Positions 38,600-52,000 of a DNA stretch of 64,000 bases are shown one piece after another (the stretch's first letter is position 1; each line of letters begins with the position of its first letter). The stretch is from Bdellovibrionota bacterium (GTDB lineage Bacteria > Bdellovibrionota_C > UBA2361). A program made the translations under genes and the position numbers. The notes below the pieces were generated by a model that saw only the letters and a program-made list of their open reading frames with translations, was not told where the DNA came from and did no database searches. The stretch covers positions 84,211 to 148,210 of the forward strand of contig JBILDU010000001.1 of assembly GCA_044352465.1 (NCBI GenBank). The letters are read 5' to 3'.

Positions 38600-39532
38600 A
38601 TGGACATTCGACCTCACGTTGACCTCACCCAAGGGCCTACCACTCTCGAGAAGGAGTCCCGTATCCAATGGGTACCTCCGTTTAGTTTCAGCAAGGGGGG
38701 GAGCTCTTACGGGATCTCCGGCAATTGGAATATGGCCCCCTTCATCGACGAGGTATCGAAGATTATCCTCAATCTTCCGAATGTGGGGCCTGCCTGGTGG
38801 ATCGAGCGATGCGTTGCCCAGAGATTCGGACGAGACCTCAAGGTGGGCGAACAGATCGATCTAAAAGCCATCGACGTTATCTCGAGTGTCTATAAGATAA
38901 AAATACCGGGCGATTTATCGACCGACTTTATTCGCGTCGCCCATCACTATGGGCTTGAGCACTCTGGTGATGCGAAGTTCAAGCGTGTTTCCGAGTCTAC
39001 CCCTCCCACTGAACTAGAGGGCCGCCTACCTGGGCGTGAAGCGATTCGGAGACTTGCCATTCCCGAGATCCCTCTTCCCGACCGGTGCGACCCCCGGATC
39101 TATCGACCGAGTATCGGAACCCATATGAATTGCAGTGGCACCACGGAGCAGTGGGAGCACCTCATGGAGTGGGAAGGGCGAAGCGATGCTGACTGTGTGC
39201 TCCGCTATTTAAGGGCATACAACTCATTCATCCGCGAGCCCACCGGAGCTCGTTTAATCGAAGCGACACGTAATCCAAGAACAGGCACCGATCCGTATTT
39301 TCTGGGGATGACGTATATCGCCGATGTTTTTGCGATGCCGAAGGGCGAAAACGAAAAGTTAAGTCCGGAGCAAAAGTCGGTCTACGAATTACTCTCTCTC
39401 ATGCACGCTGCTTTCATGACGTCATTTTCGCTCGAGGCGATGATGCGTTCAGATCTTGAATTATGCGACCAGCGACTCTACGACGGACTTGCGCAGGCCT
39501 TTGTGGCAACTCACGCGTCGACGGAGTCCTGA
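38600..39532 (+). CDS. hypothetical protein
   Basis: 310 aa, cytoplasmic, no recognisable motif. Flanked by long non-coding stretches. Confidence 0.4.
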   Translation: MDIRPHVDLTQGPTTLEKESRIQWVPPFSFSKGGSSYGISGNWNMAPFIDEVSKIILNLPNVGPAWWIERCVAQRFGRDLKVGEQIDLKAIDVISSVYKIKIPGDLSTDFIRVAHHYGLEHSGDAKFKRVSESTPPTELEGRLPGREAIRRLAIPEIPLPDRCDPRIYRPSIGTHMNCSGTTEQWEHLMEWEGRSDADCVLRYLRAYNSFIREPTGARLIEATRNPRTGTDPYFLGMTYIADVFAMPKGENEKLSPEQKSVYELLSLMHAAFMTSFSLEAMMRSDLELCDQRLYDGLAQAFVATHASTES

Positions 39533-39954
39533 TTGTTTGGTAGCGAGGCGGCGAACTCCTCCTTGCCGAGCTGTCCGGTTGGATGAGCTTGATATCGCGC
39601 AGCGCGCGCATTCTATTCTCTGTAGCAGCCCTCGGAAGCTCAACGATAGCCCGTGAGGGGAAAGGGTTCCTATGTGACACCCTGCTTGCGTGTCGATAGC
39701 CGATAACAAAAATCAGCTTTCGTCGTATGGTTTCTCTTCATAGCCATTAAAGTTTGTATGTTCGCGGCGAAGGGGGGTCTGGGGCGGTGACTGGAATCCG
39801 TATCTCAAGCTCTACGGGGTCACGGGTGAATAAAGACCGTACTCTGGTCGGCTATGGGCGCATCAACGCCCCGTCTCTCTTAGGTATTAGCGAGGAATCC
39901 CTTTGTCCTCGTTTTCTGGAAAATAACTCTCCGGTGTGCTAAGGTCGGCGCAGA

Positions 39955-40050
39955 ACCTTGGGGGTGTCGGTGGGCAAGAAAGGCTCAGCCGGCTGAGATT
40001 ATACCCTTTGAACCTGACGCGGGTAATGCCGCCGCAGGAAAGAGGCGTCG
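39955..40050 (+). promoter_or_regulatory. TPP (thiamine pyrophosphate) riboswitch
   Basis: Contains the conserved THI-box elements GGGGTG..., CTGAGA, TACCCTTTGAACCTGA and GGTAATGCC...GGAA. Sits directly upstream of thiS-thiC. Confidence 0.9.
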
Positions 40051-40127
40051 CGGCGTGACTTATTCGAGTCCCTTCGCACTCATGCGTGAGTATCTGCTCA
40101 CACCCTCCCCGCAAGTTTGGGGTTTCG

Positions 40128-42254
<2,127 letters not shown>

Positions 42255-42255
<1 letters not shown>

Positions 42256-42875
42256 TGGAGCTTCCGTTTGAGATAGTTGTTATCTCTCCACCGGAGAGCG
42301 GCTCCTTTGAGGGGGAGATTGTGAACGATCTATTTCAGGCGGGGCTCACCCGTTTTTATCTTCGGAAAGGAGGGGCTTCCAAAGCCGAGCTTTCGGAATA
42401 CCTCCGCCGAATCACCCCCCGATTTTATGACCGAGTGGTGGTGGGGAGCCACTTTGAGCTCGTCGACGATTTTGGGCTCGGAGGTGCACACCTACCGACC
42501 GAGGCGCGGCTGCATCAGGAGACCTTTAGCCGATGGGCGGGGCGGCGAGCGGAGAAGGGAATGCGGCTGAGCACCTCGGTTCACTCGGTGAGTGAGCTTG
42601 AGGCGTTGGGAGCGAACTTCGATTTCACGTTTCTCTCGCCCGTTTTTGGGAGCCTTTCTAAGGATCTTCCGCGGGGAGCATTTAGCGAGGCTGAGCTTCG
42701 ACGTGCGACGACAGCGGGGCTGAATCTGGTCTACGCGCTGGGCGGCATCAATCCGGGGACGATCGCGGAGGCGCGAGTGCTTGGGTTTAAGGGGTGCGGG
42801 GTTATCGGGAGCGTTTGGAGCGCATCCGATCCGGTGGGGGCGTTTAAGGAACTACAAAAGGAGGCGGGCGTATGA
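42255..42875 (+). CDS. ThiE/TenI-family protein (second thiamine-phosphate-synthase-like paralog)
   Basis: TMP-TENI fold (HFELVDDFGLGGAHLP, LSPVFGS, ALGGINPGT). It diverges from the canonical ThiE at 43700. Confidence 0.6.
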
Positions 42876-43693
42876 GTGTGGTCTCGAAACTCGAACGTCC
42901 GGTAGCGCTGACGATCGCCGGGCTCGATCCGAGCGGTGGAGCAGGGATACTCGCCGATATCAAGACCTTCGAGCAGTGTGGAGTATACGGCTTTGGGGCG
43001 GCAAGTGCTCTGACTTACCAAAGTGATGTCGAGTTTCGGGGGCTCACCTGGCTCTCCTTCGAGGAGATTGCGCGGCAACTAACCCCCCTCTTTGCTCGGT
43101 TTCAGGTGGGTTACGCTAAAATCGGGATCGTCGAGGATCTGGCGACACTCGAACAGGTTATGGATCTCCTCCTTGACCATAAGCCGGATATGAGGATTGT
43201 GTGGGATCCGATCCTCGCCGCGAGCGCGGGGTATGCATTTCACCAAGCATGGGACTTAGCGGCCGTGAAACGGATCGCGAAGCGGTGCGCGGTTATCACC
43301 CCTAATTATGACGAGATGCTGGGGATTCTCCCCGGCAGGTCTGCGCGGGAGGGGGCTGAGCAGCTGAGCGCTCTTGTGCCGGTGCTTTTAAAAGGGGGGC
43401 ACGCGCCCGGTGAGGTAGTAGTCGATACTTTGTGTATGCAGGGGGAGTGCTACGAGTACCGGACGCCACGACTTCCTGAGGCCCTGGGCGTGTCGGGTAA
43501 GCACGGCTCGGGGTGTGTGCTTGCCGCAGCGATCACGGCAGCACTGGCGCGAAGTGAGGAGCTTCCAGCGGCGTGTGAGCACGGTCGAGTGTATACGCAG
43601 CGATTCCTACGGAGTGGCGCGACTCGGCTCGGATTTCACACCGGGATGGGCCCGACGATGAGTAGCACTTTTTTTCACGGCGCGAAGGAGTAG
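42872..43693 (+). CDS. thiD: hydroxymethylpyrimidine/phosphomethylpyrimidine kinase
   Basis: Motif LTIAGLDPSGGAGILADIKTF and the conserved C-terminal kinase region. Confidence 0.85.
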   Translation: MSVVSKLERPVALTIAGLDPSGGAGILADIKTFEQCGVYGFGAASALTYQSDVEFRGLTWLSFEEIARQLTPLFARFQVGYAKIGIVEDLATLEQVMDLLLDHKPDMRIVWDPILAASAGYAFHQAWDLAAVKRIAKRCAVITPNYDEMLGILPGRSAREGAEQLSALVPVLLKGGHAPGEVVVDTLCMQGECYEYRTPRLPEALGVSGKHGSGCVLAAAITAALARSEELPAACEHGRVYTQRFLRSGATRLGFHTGMGPTMSSTFFHGAKE

Positions 43694-43699
43694 CAGCCG

Positions 43700-44341
43700 A
43701 TGAGAACGATCGAACCGGTGCAATTTATCACCCCCGATAGACCGAGTGATTACCACGTCAGCTACGTCGAAAAGGCGTGTTGGGGCGGCGTTCGGTGGGT
43801 ACAGCTTCGGGTGAAGGGGCGGGATTTTCATGAGTGGTGCGCACTTGCCCTCGAGGTGAAGGGCGTGTGTCGAAATTACGGTGCAGTCTTTATCGTGAAC
43901 GACTCGGCTGAGGTCGCAGCGGCAGTAGATGCCGATGGGGTGCATGTGGGGGAGAACGATACGCCACCTGAAAGGGCGCGTGAGATCGTGGGGCCCGGTA
44001 AGATAATTGGAGCTACGGCGAATACGCTCGAAGTGGCCCGTCGTCACGTCGAGGCAGGGGTCGATTACCTCGGTGTGGGGCCGTATCGGTATACGGATAC
44101 CAAAGCGAACTTAAGCCCTGTGCTCGGCTGCGCAGGGGTGCGAGATCTCTGCCAGGGGCTTCGAGACCGCGGGGCTTTGACTCCGGTGGTCGTTGTCGGA
44201 GGGGTTACCCCGACCGATATTTCGGAGATTCGGGCGGCGGGGGCGCACGGTGTTGCGGTCAGCGGGGCTATCTCAGCGGCTCAGGATAAGATGGCGGCGG
44301 CTCGAAGTTTCGTCGAGCAGTTTTATGGAGTAACGGCATGA
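43700..44341 (+). CDS. thiE: thiamine-phosphate synthase
   Basis: Motifs [27 protein letters not shown] and [13 protein letters not shown]. Confidence 0.8.
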   Translation: MRTIEPVQFITPDRPSDYHVSYVEKACWGGVRWVQLRVKGRDFHEWCALALEVKGVCRNYGAVFIVNDSAEVAAAVDADGVHVGENDTPPERAREIVGPGKIIGATANTLEVARRHVEAGVDYLGVGPYRYTDTKANLSPVLGCAGVRDLCQGLRDRGALTPVVVVGGVTPTDISEIRAAGAHGVAVSGAISAAQDKMAAARSFVEQFYGVTA

Positions 44342-45108
44342 CGGTGGCGTTAGAGATCGGCGGAAAGAAGCTCGCCTCGAGGCTTTTTCTGGGTACCGGA
44401 AAATTCAGCTCGGCCGCAGTGATGCGTGAAGCGGTCGCGGCGTCTGCAAGCGAGCTTGTGACGGTGGCGCTCAAGCGGGTGAACGTTCGAGCGGAAATAG
44501 ACTCCATGATCGAGCACTTAAACCTTCCGGGGGTAAATCTTCTTCCGAATACCTCGGGGGTTCGTACGGCGAAGGAAGCTGTTTTGGCGGCACATCTTGC
44601 CCGCGAGGCGCTGGAGACGAATTGGCTTAAACTTGAGATCCATCCTGATCCTCAGTATCTCCTCCCCGATCCAATTGAGACGCTCCTTGCGTGTGAGGAA
44701 TTAGCAAAAGACGGCTTTATTATCTTGCCCTATGTCAACGCGGATCCGGTGCTGTGCAAGCGGCTCGAGGAGGCGGGGGCTGCAGCGGTGATGCCGCTCG
44801 GCGCTCCTATCGGGAGTAACCAAGGGCTTCAAACGAAAGCGATGCTCGAGATCATCATCGCCCAGAGTAACGTTCCGGTGGTTATCGATGCGGGGCTGGG
44901 AGCCCCCTCCCATGCGGCGGCGGCGCTTGAGATGGGAGCGGCCGCGGTGCTCGTGAACACCGCGATCGCGGTGGCGGGTGATCCGGTTGAGATGGCCCGG
45001 GCATTTCGTGAGGCGACGGTGGCGGGGCAGCGCGCACGAGAGGCCAGTCTGGCGCGGCCAGAGGTGCGGGCTGTGGCATCGAGTCCTTTGACAGCGTTCT
45101 TAGATTAG
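44338..45108 (+). CDS. thiG: thiazole synthase
   Basis: Motifs [20 protein letters not shown] and [21 protein letters not shown]. Confidence 0.9.
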   Translation: MTVALEIGGKKLASRLFLGTGKFSSAAVMREAVAASASELVTVALKRVNVRAEIDSMIEHLNLPGVNLLPNTSGVRTAKEAVLAAHLAREALETNWLKLEIHPDPQYLLPDPIETLLACEELAKDGFIILPYVNADPVLCKRLEEAGAAAVMPLGAPIGSNQGLQTKAMLEIIIAQSNVPVVIDAGLGAPSHAAAALEMGAAAVLVNTAIAVAGDPVEMARAFREATVAGQRAREASLARPEVRAVASSPLTAFLD

Positions 45109-45113
45109 TACGT

Positions 45114-46256
45114 ATGAGTTTTGAGAACGTTCTCGAGACATATCGGTGGGAGGAGATAACGGCACAGATAGATGCCGCCTCGTCCCGTGATGTTGAGCGT
45201 GCCCTTCAAGCGACGGGACGTCGATCGTTTGAGGATTTTCTCGCGCTGGTTTCTCCCGCAGCGCGCAACTATCTTCCCCTTATGGCGGAGGAGAGCCAGC
45301 GAGTCACCCAACGGCGATTCGGAAAAACGATTCAGCTCTATGCACCGATGTATCTCTCTAACGAGTGCCAGAATATCTGCACCTACTGTGGGTTTTCCTT
45401 TCATAACAAAATCGCCCGAAAGACCCTGATAGATGAGGAGATCCTCCGCGAAGTCGGAGTGATAAAGTCATACGGGTATGACCATATCCTGCTCGTCTCG
45501 GGCGAAGCCCAAAAAACGGTGGGGAGCGATTACTTTGAAAACGCGGTTCGGCTTATACGGCCGCACTTTAGCCACATCTCGCTTGAGGTACAGCCGCTGG
45601 AGGAAGTGGAGTATCGGCGGCTTATGGAGGCGGGTGTCCAGACGGTGCTCGTCTATCAGGAGACCTACAACCGGGAGCGCTATAAGAGCTATCACCCGAA
45701 GGGTAAGAAATCGAACTTCTCGTATCGGCTTGATACGCCGGAGCGGCTCGGGCGAGCGGGGATATATAAAATAGGGCTCGGCGCGCTTTTGGGGCTTGAG
45801 GAGTGGCGGACCGATACGGCGTGTGTCGCACTCCACCTTGCATATCTCCGGAAGAAATTTTGGCGCACAAAGTTTTCGCTCTCTTTCCCGCGGCTTCGCC
45901 CCGCGGAGGGGTATCTTGAACCGAACGTCGTGATGACCGATCGGGACCTTGTGCAGCTTATCTGTGCATTTCGGCTTTTTGATGAGAACGTGGAACTTTC
46001 GCTTTCTACGCGGGAGAGCCCGAAGTTTCGGGATAATGTGGTGCAGCTTGGGGTGACCTCGATGAGCGCCGGCTCAAAGACCGAGCCCGGTGGGTATTCA
46101 CAACCCCACGCAGCGCTCTCCCAATTTGAGATAAGCGACGAGCGAACGCCCGCAGAGGTCGCTCAGATGATCGCGGCGCAAGGCTATGAGCCGGTATGGA
46201 AGGATTGGGATCCTGTGCTTGAGGGGGGAGCTTCCCCCAATAATGGGGCGCTCTGA
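45114..46256 (+). CDS. thiH: 2-iminoacetate synthase (radical SAM tyrosine lyase)
   Basis: Radical-SAM CxxxCxxC within NICTYCGFS and the ThiH-specific C-terminal domain. Confidence 0.85.
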   Translation: MSFENVLETYRWEEITAQIDAASSRDVERALQATGRRSFEDFLALVSPAARNYLPLMAEESQRVTQRRFGKTIQLYAPMYLSNECQNICTYCGFSFHNKIARKTLIDEEILREVGVIKSYGYDHILLVSGEAQKTVGSDYFENAVRLIRPHFSHISLEVQPLEEVEYRRLMEAGVQTVLVYQETYNRERYKSYHPKGKKSNFSYRLDTPERLGRAGIYKIGLGALLGLEEWRTDTACVALHLAYLRKKFWRTKFSLSFPRLRPAEGYLEPNVVMTDRDLVQLICAFRLFDENVELSLSTRESPKFRDNVVQLGVTSMSAGSKTEPGGYSQPHAALSQFEISDERTPAEVAQMIAAQGYEPVWKDWDPVLEGGASPNNGAL

Positions 46257-47377
46257 TGTCCGTTGACCGCGAACGGTTTAGCCGCCAGATAATGCTCCCC
46301 GAGTTCGGAGAGGTTGGGCAGCGCCGTCTTTTAGACGCGAGCGTCCTTGTTGTTGGCGCGGGCGGACTTGGAAGCCCGGTGCTCCTGTACCTTGCGGCAG
46401 CGGGTGTTGGACGGATCGGGATTGTTGATGGCGATACGGTGGCGGTGCATAACCTCCACCGTCAGGTGCTCTTTCATGATAACGATATTGGGAGCAAAAA
46501 GGCGGAGTGTGCCGCACGGGAGGTCTCAGCCATTTTCCCCGGTGGTCGGGTCGATATCGTTTCAGCTCCGTTAACACCAGAGAACGCGCGCGAGGTGGTT
46601 GCCCCGTACGATCTTCTGGTCGACGGGACCGATAATTTCTCCACCCGGTATCTCGTCAATGACGTCTGCGTTGAGCTTCAAAAGCCGTGGGTATCGGGAG
46701 CTGTGTTTAGATTTTCAGGGCAGGTAACGGTTTTTAACGTGCTCCAAAAAAACGGTGCACGGGGTCCCACCTATCGGTGCCTGTTTCCCGAGCCCCCGGC
46801 ACCGGAGAAGGTGCCGGGATGTGGAGAGAGCGGTGTCCTCGGCGTTGTCCCTGGTGTCGTGGGCACCGTCATGGCGTCTGAGGCTGTAAAGCTCCTCGCT
46901 GGGATCGGTGATGTTCTCTCGGGGAAGCTCTGGACCTTCGATGCGCTTACCAATGCGAGCCGAACGGTCGAGTTTGAGCGAGAGGACGCCGCTGGTGCTG
47001 CCCGAGTGAAGAGTGCTGAAGAGTATCGATATCTGTGTGGAGTAAAGACGGAGGCAACAATGAAAGAGATTACCCCGAGGGAGCTTAAAGCGAAGCTCGA
47101 TGCGAAAGAGGATTTTACCCTTATCGATGTGCGCGAACCATTTGAGCGGGATATCGCTACGATCGGTGGAGTTTCGATTCCCCTGGCTGAGGTCGTAAAT
47201 CGGGCAGGAGAGATACCCAAAGATAAACCGGTGGTGATCTATTGCCGTAGCGGCGGGCGAAGTGGCCGCGCATGCGCTGAGCTTGAACAGCGGTTTCAGT
47301 TTAAAAATCTTATTAACCTTGCAGGTGGAATCCTACGGTGGAGCGACGATGTCGATCCGGCGGTGAAAAAATATTGA
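46256..47377 (+). CDS. thiF: ThiF/MoeZ-type E1-like adenylyltransferase fused to a C-terminal rhodanese domain
   Basis: Nucleotide-binding motif VLVVGAGGLGSP. C-terminal rhodanese active-site IYCRSGGRSGRA. Start overlaps the thiH stop (TGATG). Confidence 0.8.
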   Translation: MSVDRERFSRQIMLPEFGEVGQRRLLDASVLVVGAGGLGSPVLLYLAAAGVGRIGIVDGDTVAVHNLHRQVLFHDNDIGSKKAECAAREVSAIFPGGRVDIVSAPLTPENAREVVAPYDLLVDGTDNFSTRYLVNDVCVELQKPWVSGAVFRFSGQVTVFNVLQKNGARGPTYRCLFPEPPAPEKVPGCGESGVLGVVPGVVGTVMASEAVKLLAGIGDVLSGKLWTFDALTNASRTVEFEREDAAGAARVKSAEEYRYLCGVKTEATMKEITPRELKAKLDAKEDFTLIDVREPFERDIATIGGVSIPLAEVVNRAGEIPKDKPVVIYCRSGGRSGRACAELEQRFQFKNLINLAGGILRWSDDVDPAVKKY

Positions 47378-47617
47378 GGCTTCGCCTCACAGCCGAAATC
47401 CAGCGCTCTTCGGATATTTTGCGATCGGAATGGGGATCGAGAGTCTCAGCCGCCCCAACTCTCGTCGTACGTAATCCCAATCGAACTCAATCGTGCTGAA
47501 GAGGATGTCCTTTAAGTCATCGAGATCTTGAAAGGGGAATAAACCCCACCACCGGTCGAAGACCCAACTTCCGAATAACCCGCTCAGCGGTTTTCAGTGA
47601 GTCCTTGGGTTTCTCCG

Positions 47618-47986
47618 TCACCGATGCGAAATCGACATCCCGTGTGCCCCGCGCCTGAGTGCGATAAAGACTCCCCGCGTGTCCAACCACGAGGCAGTAC
47701 CGGGCGTTGGGGCTCTCGACAACAGCAATTCATATGCTTTGAGGAATGCGGCGATAGCAGCTCGGTCGGTGTCGCCGCAGGTGAGCGCAAAACACCGTCG
47801 ATTCCCTCGCCTGGTCTCTGTGAGAAGCCCCGCTTCCAAGAGCCGGCGAAGGATGTCCGAGACCCCGGAGGGGGAGAGCTTATACTCATGAGCTAGGGCC
47901 CGTAGATGCCGGGGCTCGGGAGCGTAGGAAGTCGACAAGGGAAGCGGGCATACAAATAATGTCCGATTTATCGAACAGTATGGCAA
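47618..47986 (-). CDS. hypothetical small protein, possible winged-helix
   Basis: 122 aa. The segment SPSGVSDILRRLLEAGLLTETRRG looks HTH-like. The assignment is weak, and the long minus-strand ORF here may be chance. Confidence 0.25.
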   Translation of the reverse strand: MPYCSINRTLFVCPLPLSTSYAPEPRHLRALAHEYKLSPSGVSDILRRLLEAGLLTETRRGNRRCFALTCGDTDRAAIAAFLKAYELLLSRAPTPGTASWLDTRGVFIALRRGAHGMSISHR

Positions 47987-48301
47987 GGATGCGAACGGCG
48001 CTCTGACCCGAGCTGGTCGTCGCTCATAGAGTCAACGGTGCAAAAAGAGCGAGCTTTGACTCGACATGAGAGAAATCACTCCGATATGGACACACGGAGT
48101 ATGGTTACTCAATGAATTGATCGCTATCTCTGCGTGGGCCGGCGTGGATGCTTTAGTGGCTGGTAGGCATGAACTGCAGACAGTCGACGCCACAACCAAA
48201 ACGAGAATGGTCGGTGAAATAGAGAGATCAAGATTTCCAGAACAAAACCTTCAACAAACGAGAGCAGTCACAACAAGAGGGATCACCACCTCTCACCGAG
48301 G

Positions 48302-48340
48302 GCACCGGGGTTCGACGTATCGCTACGTGAACCCCGGTGC
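48302..48340 (-). terminator. 39-nt near-perfect extended hairpin immediately 3' of csrA
   Basis: Sequence GCACCGGGGTTCGACGTATCGCTACGTGAACCCCGGTGC has a 12-bp GC-rich stem. The loop region is itself palindromic. Confidence 0.45.
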
Positions 48341-48366
48341 GTGGTGAGTCCTCCAGCCGGTATCGC

Positions 48367-48711
48367 TCAGTGGATACCGGGGAAGTTCGATTGACTTCCC
48401 ACGATCGCCGCACGGAGAACCGGATTGGTGGATGTGGGGGTCCTCCCAATCAGCTCGTTGCGGATGATGGGGATCTCGATGGGAGCGTTCACGAGAACCA
48501 TGACCTTCTTGGGATGAATCTCGGCGATCCCGATCGAGATTTCCGCGAACATGAACGTGTCGCCGGCGCCGACAGTTGTCTCGATGTGGAAACCCCTGGG
48601 CTCCTTCGTCTTGACGATGCTGATGCGAGCGAATCTCGTTCCGACCGATAGGATCTTCAGCGTGTACTCTCCGATGAAAATCTTCTCCCCCGTCCGACGC
48701 GTAAGCTTCAT
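48367..48711 (-). CDS. csrA: CsrA-family RNA-binding protein, atypical single-chain tandem (pseudo-dimeric) form
   Basis: GGAGG RBS then ATG (MKLTRRTGEKIFIGE...). The protein is about 114 aa. Residues 1-38 resemble CsrA strands beta1-beta4. Residues ~50-104 (FHIETTVGAGDTFMFAEISIGIAEIHPKKVMVLVNAPIEIPIIRNELI) resemble a second CsrA copy that includes the VNAP...R.E motif. Confidence 0.6.
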   Translation of the reverse strand: MKLTRRTGEKIFIGEYTLKILSVGTRFARISIVKTKEPRGFHIETTVGAGDTFMFAEISIGIAEIHPKKVMVLVNAPIEIPIIRNELIGRTPTSTNPVLRAAIVGSQSNFPGIH

Positions 48712-49086
48712 ACGAACCTCCATGTCTGAACCACCTTCGCCTCTGTCACATCGTGTGGCAGAATCCATGCGAAAGTTCGCTCGGCGCTGAGGCCCTCTCG
48801 ACCTTAACAGCGAACGAACTCCCCCATGGAGCGAAACCCTTCTACCCAGAAATCTTGACCATGCAATTTTAAGCGTAATGATTCCGCTAAGCAAATCGGG
48901 TGGATGGGTGATTTTATTCGAGCTATTTGACTAAGTTTACCTCAGCTCGTACTCTCGTTTCCGTTGGACTGAAATGGGTAGCGTAGGTCCACGTTTGATT
49001 CCTCTCGGCGAGTGGGTTGCCCCCCACCCAAGCCTTGGTGAAATCGTTGAAACCGAAGGTAACTTCGGCTCGATTCGTCATGTGTT

Positions 49087-52000
49087 TTGGAGTGGTGCAT
49101 GTTCGGCAACGCGTTCGGCAGTCAGAGCTCTCCGGTAAATCTCCACGGTATCGAATTATCTTTCTTGAAAGGTGCGTGGTGCTCCAGCTTCGCTGTGTTT
49201 TTCGGTCTCTTTTTTAGTGGGGCTGTCGAGGCCTCCCCCCCCATCTCTGGTACCCCAACAGCGCCGAGCTGCAGCAGTGCTGGGTTTGATCTCGCGCGGC
49301 GATATTGCTGTTGTAAGCCCCGTCATATCGGGTTTGCGGTAGCTGAAAATCTCCTAGCGGAAGGGGTTTTTTCAGAGGCGACTACGCTCGCACCTCCGAG
49401 AGGTGTGTCGAAACCGATCGCGTTTCTATGCCGGAATGCCAATCCGTGGGAGAGCCCCACAGCGCCGCTCAATCCAGCGACAAGCGCGTCATCGTTGAAT
49501 GCTGCCGGAGCGCTCTGCCGTTGCGATCCAGCAACCGCTAATCGCTACTGTGATGGGCCGACTCCTACTCCCACGCCGTCGCCAACCCCAACACGAACGC
49601 CGACACCGACGCCGACAAGCACCCCGACGCCCACCCCCACACCAATAGTGACTCTCTCTCCATCGCCCGAACCGGAGGTGACCGTGACCCCACCGCCGGT
49701 GGTGACTATCGATCCTGGAAATGATCAAAGCCCCAATTGCGAGATATCGGGGCGTGTTCCGACGCCGCTCCCACGGCCGGCTCTTCGCCTCACGGAGCGC
49801 AGGCTCCGGGCGTGGAGCGATGTAGGAAACCGCTCGGACATCGAGTCGTCCGCAGAGCCGGAACGCTCAGCAGTCGAGGAATGGGGAGCTTGGGGGGGGC
49901 CGGGACGGGTCGTGATGGTTGGGCGGTACGATAGTAACTATAACGGGCTGCCCGACTTTTTAGACGGGATAGAGGGAATTGAGAGCCTCGATCGGATCCG
50001 ACAACAGAATGGCATTCCGCGCAGCTCGACGAGCCGTCACTTCGTGATGATCGAGGTTGAGATCGAGGGGGGAGCACCGGCAGCCTACTACGTGCCGGAT
50101 CGGATGGCGCCGGGTGGGGAGCGGATTGAGTCGCCGAGCTTACGCATCGACTACAGTGGTTCGCCCCTTCTCCCGGACCCAATCGGGTGTCCTTTTTTTC
50201 GGGGGCTTCAGGCCGCGTGGGGGTCCTCGGGTGTGACGTGGGGGGGGTACGATGAGCGTGTTGCCTCGACCCTCGCAGACTGTGGACTATCCTCCGGTGG
50301 TTGGCGGGTTTGGACTAAAAACGGACAGTATCTTCGAGATGCGCGCTCAGTCCCCGCTGGTGGAGATTACGTCCCCTCAGGGATCGAGATCCCTCTCCAC
50401 AATCTTGATACCTCGGGGAATCGGGTCCGATTTTACGTTGAAGCTACCCCGCTGGGAGAGTTAGCTCGCGATTTCGATATCACGCTTCGTTATGGGCGAG
50501 TGATATCGGGAGACACGTTACCGCGGGAGTCGGTATCACACGAGCGGGTTAGCCTTCTACCGGTGGATCTTATCTATCAGGATGCGCGGACACACGGGCC
50601 GATCTGGGTCTCGCCTGAAGACGGATCCCGCGACCCTGAGGGTGAGGTGAGACTAGCACTCGACCGAACTTTCGCGCCGCGACTCCCGGCCCTCTCACCG
50701 TCATGGAGCGCTATCGATGCCGATTCGGGTGCATTCCTCGTTCAAGGAGCGCTTACCGATGGAGCTTCGCTTATCAGTATCGCGCTGCAAGAGCGTTTGG
50801 AGGGGCGTTACCAAGGGGGGGGCAATCCACTTCGCCGTTACGCAACTTGGGCGGATGACAATGGGAACCAGCACTGTTACACCCCGTTTGAAGATAATGT
50901 TTTCCTTGGTATTCGCCGTAAGGGTGGTCCGCTTCAAGGCGAGGAGCAGCCGGCTAATCTGCCGAATGTGTACGGTGGCTTCCATCCGCCGATCGGACCA
51001 CATGGGGAGCTTAATCTCTTACCAAGGATGCCGATGCCGAGCGACTCCGCGACCGCAGAGGAGTGGGGATACTCGACGAGGATCAATCTGGGGAGTGGTA
51101 TCCGACCCCAACGGTACCCCGTTTTGAATGCGATCGGGGGATATTACCTCCCACCCAATAACTTTATCTCGGGTCTCGCGCCGGGTGATAACGACTCTCG
51201 ATACGGTGGTGGTTCGATCGTGCTTGAGCGCTCGGTCAATCAACCGGAGGAGGTTGCGCCGATGGAAGTGGTGCTCTACCGACGGGTAGGGAGCCGAGTC
51301 GTTGTATTAGAGGTTCAGCCGTTCTATCTTCGGCGGCCTCCGGTGGTGTTGGTGCACGGCATGAACGGTGATGGTCGGGATTACTGGCCGTGGGATCTGT
51401 GGGCCGAGCGTAATCCCACGCATCTAGACGGCTTACCAACCCGGATCTATCGCGCTGACTACAGTTTCTCGGCAGGGCTCGGCTATACCGAGAATTTTAC
51501 CGCGGTGCCAAAAGCGATTCAGCAAGCGCTTGTGGAGTACCGTTGGGCTTACGACAACACCTTTGTTCCACCCCCTGATGCAACCGGACCTGTTGAGCCT
51601 CCCTTCGATCCGCCGGCGGTGATGCCCCATCCTTCTTTCGGATTTTATGGGGACTCACACCGGGTCTATGCGTGGCACCGACCGGAGCGTGCGTTTAAGG
51701 GGATCAACTACGCAGCCACCCGGGTTGATGTTGTAGCCCATAGTATGGGGGGACAACTGGTTCGCACCTATGTCTCGAATCTTGGTGATAACACCGGTAT
51801 GACCGGTGTAACACGTGCCCATCCCGATACCCGCCGAAAGCCGAGAGGGGCTGTGGATTTCTCGATGCCGGCAGCGTTAATCCCAGGCACCGGAGTGCCT
51901 GGCATTCCGGCGCGGTTCCAGAACCTACGACTGCAGATCCCACCGCGGATTGACCGAAGCGGGGATAGTTGGACTTTCTGGTACGCCGCGGATCTTGAGG

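Noticed and set aside
47378-47390. Short hairpin GAGGCTTCGCCTC right after the thiF stop as a terminator
   Set aside because: The stem is only 5 bp and no T-run follows, which is too weak to call.
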